Shown here: positions 59,158 through 64,000 of the stretch, one piece after another | Layout: the number at the start of each line of letters is the position of its first letter | Numbering within the stretch: position 1 is the first letter of the stretch | Assembly (NCBI GenBank): GCA_965227775.1 | Contig: OZ245777.1 | Coordinates: 2,656,001-2,720,000 of the forward strand | DNA from: Phycisphaerales bacterium | Lineage (GTDB): Bacteria; Planctomycetota; Phycisphaerae; Phycisphaerales; UBA1924 | Direction: 5' to 3' | Length of the DNA stretch: 64,000 bases | Translations under genes and position numbers: made by a program | Notes under the pieces: generated by a model | Told to the model about the DNA's origin: nothing | Database searches by the model: none | Seen by the model: only the letters and a program-made list of their open reading frames with translations

Positions 59158-59760
59158 TCACGCATCGAAACCGCGAGACCCGTCCCGGTACGCCGAATCG
59201 ATGCGATCGGGCGACCACGGCCGCGATGAATCTTCCCTCCGGCGGCGTGACACCTCGGCCAGCACCAACACCACCGAGACGCCCAGCAGGGCGCACGCGA
59301 ACAACCCAACGCCGATGACGCCCGGCGTGAGGATGCCGGTGGGGTCGCTGAACGCGACGGCGCGGTTGGGATTGCGCGCGTCGACGTAGACAAAGAACGG
59401 CTCGCGATTTCGCAGCTGGTCGCGCACGGCCCTGGCCTTGTCGATGTCACGGGTTCGCCAGCGTGCGTGGCCGAAACCAAGGCGCTCGCCGTGATACGTC
59501 TTGCCATCGACCCAGTACTCGTACTGCGTCTCGACCCAGTAGTCGGGGCGGCGCTTGCCGGTCTCTCTCATCCCGTCGGCATACTTGAGCCTGGCCGGAA
59601 CCTCGACGAGCTGCGTGCTGCGCGCCTGGATGGCCGGGAGCACCTCGCGGTGGATCGTCGTCGCGAGCAACACGATCGCGACCAGACCGAGCATGACGCC
59701 CCAGGCTCCGAGCGGCGCCCGCTCTTCACCATCGCGCGTCTCGCTTTCGATATCTGTCAT
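59158..59760 (-). CDS. DUF3592 domain membrane protein
   Basis: TM, then YEYWVDGKTYHG and VYVDARNP, then TM. Confidence 0.7.
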   Translation of the reverse strand: MTDIESETRDGEERAPLGAWGVMLGLVAIVLLATTIHREVLPAIQARSTQLVEVPARLKYADGMRETGKRRPDYWVETQYEYWVDGKTYHGERLGFGHARWRTRDIDKARAVRDQLRNREPFFVYVDARNPNRAVAFSDPTGILTPGVIGVGLFACALLGVSVVLVLAEVSRRRREDSSRPWSPDRIDSAYRDGSRGFDA

Positions 59761-59852
59761 CGCGGAATCCTGCTGGGCGTCGTCGCTTCGCACAATGGTA
59801 CGTGAGCGATCGCCAACTTCTTCCTCGCACGCCCCGCCCCTAAACTCTCGCC

Positions 59853-60233
59853 GTGCACGAGTCCCCGCTCGAATTCGATCACTGCCCCGCGTGCAACTAC
59901 GAGCTGGGCGCTACCGAGCAGGCGCGTTGCCCCGAATGCGGCCGCGTTCCGAGCGCGGTGGTCGCGGCGAGCATCGTCCGACGCGATCGCCGCGACGCGT
60001 TCGCACGGCTGGCGGCCGCGTGGGGCCTGCTCGCGGTCATCCTGGGCATCGCCGGCGTAGTCACTTACTCCAAGGTGGACCGCCACCTCAGGAACCAGCA
60101 GACGACCATGCACTGGACGACCACCATCCCATACATCCCGCCATCACAGGCCGAGCAGGCGCGGCTCCTGCGAGAGCTAGACGAACGCAGCGACGAATGG
60201 ATCGTGCGGCCAACGCCGGTCCCCGGCCGCTGA
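59853..60233 (+). CDS. Small zinc-ribbon membrane protein
   Basis: CPACNYEL..CPECG followed by one TM. Confidence 0.6.
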   Translation: MHESPLEFDHCPACNYELGATEQARCPECGRVPSAVVAASIVRRDRRDAFARLAAAWGLLAVILGIAGVVTYSKVDRHLRNQQTTMHWTTTIPYIPPSQAEQARLLRELDERSDEWIVRPTPVPGR

Positions 60234-60248
60234 GCGCCTACCCGGCGG

Positions 60249-61700
60249 TCAGTACGCCCGCTGGATCTCCGCACCCGGATAGAAGTTCAGCAAGATGCGG
60301 TCCGCGTCCCACCCGCGCTTGGCGAGCGCCTGGGCGCTGAATTGGCACATGCCCACGCCGTGCCCGAAGCCGCGGCCGCGGATGACCATGCGCGAGCCGG
60401 CGGCGGTCACCTCGAAGTCTCCGCTGCGCACGCGCTCCTCGCCACCGACATCCTTGAGGCCACGCGCATCGGCGTTGAGCGCGATGCGAAGCTGCTCACC
60501 GCTCAGCAGGTGCGACACGCCGTTACGTTCACCCACGCGATACTGGGCCGGCCGCCCCACGCGGTTGGTGCGCGCCACCTGAATGTTCGTGACGGCCCGC
60601 GCGTTCTTGAGCGAGTGGCCCGCGCGCTCGCCCCACGCCCGCAGCCGCCGGGTCACATCGTCGGTCGATCGCACCACCTGCCAGCGATGGAAGCGCGACG
60701 CGTCGCTCGCGTGAACCGCCACGCCGACCACGCCCGCCTGCAACGGCGGCGCCAGGTTGTACTCAAAGCCAGGGCCCGTCGGCCAGGTGTCGGCGGCCGA
60801 GCCGCTGCGCCCGCCGCTGGTGCTGCTGTAGTAGGCCCGCAGCACGCCGCCGCCATACGCCAGCACGCGGCCGCGCGTGTTGATCGCCGCGCGGATCGAC
60901 TGCTCGTGCTTGGTGTGCCCCGGATAGGCCTGGTCGATCACGCCGCTCTCGACCTGCCACGCCCGCCCGCGGCGGTCGGCCAGCGCCATAGAGTGCAGCG
61001 CATACGAGCGGGCCGCGATGCACTGGGCCTCGTACGCGGCCAGGTCCCACGAGGGATACAGCTCGCGCGACGCGACGGCCGCCACGTACCGGTCCAGCTC
61101 CAGCTCGTTGATCGCCTGCACGCCCGAGGCCGAAGCGCTCAGACGCACCACGCCCGCGTACTCAACGCCCTGCACGGCAATCGTCGGCGCGTCCTTGTAC
61201 CAGCCCATCGTGCCGGTGCTGCCGGCGGCCGGGTCGCGCGGGTCGGCCGATTCGAGATCAACCTCGCCATTGACGCGATGCGTTGCGCCGCCCGGCTCGG
61301 TAAGCGTCAGCGTGCCACCCGTGGCCCGGGCAAGCAGCGGCGTGCGATAGATCTTGATGCCGCCCGCCGGATCTCGTGCCAACACGAGCCGCGCGCCGGC
61401 GATGACAATCTCGTCGGTCGGCTCGACGATGCGCACGCGGATTGGCGGCTCGCGCCCTATCCACACGCTCGAGACCTCATAGCCGCCCGTCGTCGAGCCA
61501 CCGCTGCCCGGCCCAAGCACGGCCCGCGTGCGCGAGGGCCACTCGCAGCTCGCCGCCACCAGGCTGACGATCAGCCCCATCGCCAGCAGCACGGCCATCG
61601 TGCCCGAACCCGGGTGCGCCAGGTGCGCACGCGCCAGGCCCGACGGACCGAAGAGGCCGTGGTACGCCTTGCTCCCTGCTTTCCGCATGGGCTGGAACAT
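60249..61700 (-). CDS. SpoIID/LytB domain protein (start approximate)
   Basis: YVAAVASREL, AQCIAARSYA, DQAY, YSSTSGG, GRGFGHGVGMCQ, ILLNFYPG. Confidence 0.88.
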   Translation of the reverse strand: MFQPMRKAGSKAYHGLFGPSGLARAHLAHPGSGTMAVLLAMGLIVSLVAASCEWPSRTRAVLGPGSGGSTTGGYEVSSVWIGREPPIRVRIVEPTDEIVIAGARLVLARDPAGGIKIYRTPLLARATGGTLTLTEPGGATHRVNGEVDLESADPRDPAAGSTGTMGWYKDAPTIAVQGVEYAGVVRLSASASGVQAINELELDRYVAAVASRELYPSWDLAAYEAQCIAARSYALHSMALADRRGRAWQVESGVIDQAYPGHTKHEQSIRAAINTRGRVLAYGGGVLRAYYSSTSGGRSGSAADTWPTGPGFEYNLAPPLQAGVVGVAVHASDASRFHRWQVVRSTDDVTRRLRAWGERAGHSLKNARAVTNIQVARTNRVGRPAQYRVGERNGVSHLLSGEQLRIALNADARGLKDVGGEERVRSGDFEVTAAGSRMVIRGRGFGHGVGMCQFSAQALAKRGWDADRILLNFYPGAEIQRAY

Positions 61701-61916
61701 CCTGCTCCTGGCGATCGCCTTCGGTGGCGACCGTTGCTGCACTCTGGCTCGTTTCGTCGGCCTTCTTCTATGAAGAGGACGAGAAAGCTTCCCTTTCGCA
61801 CCCGCCGCACGCAAGCGTAGTAGCCGTTGCGGCCCGGGAGCGTGTGAGGGGGTTGTCCGGGGCTGTCGCTTGGGGGTACCATCGATCTGGGCCGCGAACG
61901 GGACCGGGAGGGACCC

Positions 61917-63095
61917 ATGTCGATCGCCGGCGATCCGAAGCCGATGTCCGCCGACAGCCGACCGTCGGCCCGGGCCATACTCGCGCTCACGCTGGTGCCA
62001 GAGCTTGGCCCGCGCCGCATCCGCCGCTTGGTCTCGATCATGGGCGGCCCCGAAGCCGCGCTCTCGGCTTCGCTGGCGGATCTGGAGTCGATCCCTTCGG
62101 TCGGAGCACCACTGGCTCGCAAGCTGTCGGCGGGCCTGAAGAACGCCCGAGCCGAAGCCGACGCCCGCTTCGAGCACGCGATGGAAGCCGGCATGCAGCT
62201 CGTGCCGTTTGACCATCCCGACTATCCGCCCCAGCTTGCCGGCGACGAGCACGCGCCCGTGCTGCTCTACGTGCGTGGATCGATCGAAGCCCTTCGGCGC
62301 GACGGCGTCGGCCTCGTGGGCGCACGCAAGTGCTCGGCGTACGGAGTCGATCAGGCCGGCCGCTTCGCGGGCGTGCTGGCCCAGGCCGGCTGGTCGGTCG
62401 TCTCCGGCGGCGCTCGCGGCATCGACACCGCCGCCCACCACGCGGCCCTTCGCAGCGGCGGCACAACGGTCGCCGTTTTGGGATGCGGGCTCGATCACGA
62501 CTACCCCGCCGAGAACGCGGACCTGTTCAACACCATCGCCGAATCGGGCGGCGCCGTCGTGTCCGAGTTGCCCATGCACTGCCGGCCCGAGGCCAAGAAC
62601 TTCCCGGCCCGCAACCGCATCATCGCGGGGCTCTCCATGGGCATCGTCGTCGTCGAGGCCGGCGAGAAGAGCGGCGCACTGATTACCGCACGCCTGGCGG
62701 GCGAGATGGGCCGCGAGGTCATGGCCCTACCGGGCCGCGTTGACGTGCCGACCAGCCGCGGCTGCCACGCCCTCATCCGAGACGGCGTGACGCTGGTGGC
62801 CTGCCCCGCCGACGTCGAGGAAGCCATTGGCACAATTGGGGATCGACGGGAGCCTCCACCAGACCTGTTCGGTGCCTCTTCGGAACATGAAGGGCTCCGG
62901 TCGGGAACCGACGGCGAGCGGACCCCGAACAGCATGGAGGACCGCGTGCTCGACGCACTGGCGGAGGCTTTGACACTCGACCAGCTCTGCGAGCGGCTCG
63001 AGGCAGCCCCCGAGCAGGTGCGGGCAACGGTCACACTGCTGGAAATCCGGCGACGGATCCGGCGGGAGGGGCTCCGGCTTGTTCGGAGCAGATAA
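61917..63095 (+). CDS. dprA: DNA-processing protein DprA
   Basis: VGARKCS, VSGGARGIDTAAH, FPARNRIIAGLS, SGALITA. Confidence 0.95.
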   Translation: MSIAGDPKPMSADSRPSARAILALTLVPELGPRRIRRLVSIMGGPEAALSASLADLESIPSVGAPLARKLSAGLKNARAEADARFEHAMEAGMQLVPFDHPDYPPQLAGDEHAPVLLYVRGSIEALRRDGVGLVGARKCSAYGVDQAGRFAGVLAQAGWSVVSGGARGIDTAAHHAALRSGGTTVAVLGCGLDHDYPAENADLFNTIAESGGAVVSELPMHCRPEAKNFPARNRIIAGLSMGIVVVEAGEKSGALITARLAGEMGREVMALPGRVDVPTSRGCHALIRDGVTLVACPADVEEAIGTIGDRREPPPDLFGASSEHEGLRSGTDGERTPNSMEDRVLDALAEALTLDQLCERLEAAPEQVRATVTLLEIRRRIRREGLRLVRSR

Positions 63096-63707
63096 GGATA
63101 TCTGCGAGGGCCAGAACACGGCCTGGGAGCCGCTGAGGCGGGTTTGATATACGGGAAATGGATTGCTACAGTAATCCAAACAAATATCCGAAAATAAATC
63201 GAACAGTTTCGCGACCACCATCCGATGAACCTGGCATGATCGCCCACCCCAGCCAACTCGAAGACAGCCATCAGCACGACCTGGCCGACGCCGCAGAGGC
63301 GCTCGTTGTGTTCGGCCCGGGCGGCACATTTGTCCGCCCCATCGGCGCGGGCAGCGAGGGTTTGCTGGATACATCTGAGCAGTCGATTCAACCATCGCCC
63401 AGCCAGGGCTGGAGGGAGATCCTGGCCGAAGTCGCGGGCCTTGCGCTCGCGGCCCTGCGATTGGGCGGACTCATCGACCGATCCGCGAAGCGACCAAACC
63501 AATCGAACGTGATCCGGGCAACGCCCGGGCATCTGGAGGGGGCGACCGTCACGACCGTTGTGGCCGCGTGGCGCCCGGAGAGCATGATCAACACGCCCGC
63601 GTCGGGGTGGCCGAAGGCCGCCGCCGGCATGGGAGCAACGCCGCGTGAGGCGGCCGAGGGACGCGTGCCCGAGGTCGTTGTGCGGCGAGAGGACGAGGAA
63701 CGCACCC

Positions 63708-64000
63708 ATGAACCTGACACCCAAGCAGCTTCGCATCCTCCGGCTCATTCGCGACTGGCGAATCCGCCGCGGCTATTCGCCAACGATGCAGGAACTCGCC
63801 GACGAAATCGGCGTCAGCAAGGTGACCGTGTTCGAGCACGTCGAGGCGCTCATCAAGAAGGGCGCCCTGGTGCGCGAGCCCAACAGGGCACGCTCTTTGT
63901 CGATCGCTGAGGGCGTCTCGGTTCCAGACGAGTCCCGCCCGTTCCGCTACCCGCTTGTCGGCAAGATCGCGGCGGGCTATCCGATCGAGAAGGTCGCCGA
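63708..64000 (+). CDS. lexA: SOS repressor LexA (3' truncated by window; absent from ORF track)
   Basis: MNLTPKQLRIL..GYSPTMQELA..EHVEALIKKG..RARSL..PLVGKIAAGYP; GAGGA RBS. Confidence 0.92.
   Translation, partial: MNLTPKQLRILRLIRDWRIRRGYSPTMQELADEIGVSKVTVFEHVEALIKKGALVREPNRARSLSIAEGVSVPDESRPFRYPLVGKIAAGYPIEKVA

Noticed and set aside
63158..63910. 250-aa ORF upstream of and overlapping lexA
   Set aside because: Overlaps lexA by about 200 nt out of frame and has no motifs; a shorter gene here cannot be excluded

Overview
High-GC bacterial chromosome segment. It is most likely from a Planctomycetota/Phycisphaerales genome; I infer this from six secreted proteins ending in the 'DFDGDGxLTIFDFLAFQNAFxxGC' GC-type dockerin tag and several CxxCGY..CPECG zinc-ribbon membrane proteins. 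The main accessory element is a ~10.24 kb integrase-less filamentous (inovirus-like) prophage at 8812-19069. It is bounded by an exact 19-bp direct repeat that is part of a dif-like XerC/D site (complete 28-bp site at 19052-19079, degenerate copy at 8813-8840). It encodes a putative SSB, a Rep_trans initiator with an internal origin-like hairpin, two paralogous coat-like proteins, pIII/pVI-like proteins, a Zot/pI ATPase and its own lipoprotein-type secretin. Its cargo is two DUF2726-like genes, a relic of a second secretin 3' end and a pilin-like gene. A second notable locus runs pilin-like gene, histidine kinase, sigma54 activator, then two dockerin-tagged proteins, with a perfect sigma54 promoter and a candidate palindromic enhancer. 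The rest is mostly housekeeping: clpB end, nbaC, orphan atpD, hit, frameshifted hpf, prpD, pap, rlmE, queD, ppk1, neuB, O-antigen ligase, rpiA, ALDH, thiS, spoIID-like, dprA and lexA start. I recognised no rRNA, tRNA or CRISPR. All calls come from reading motifs by eye; no database searches were run.
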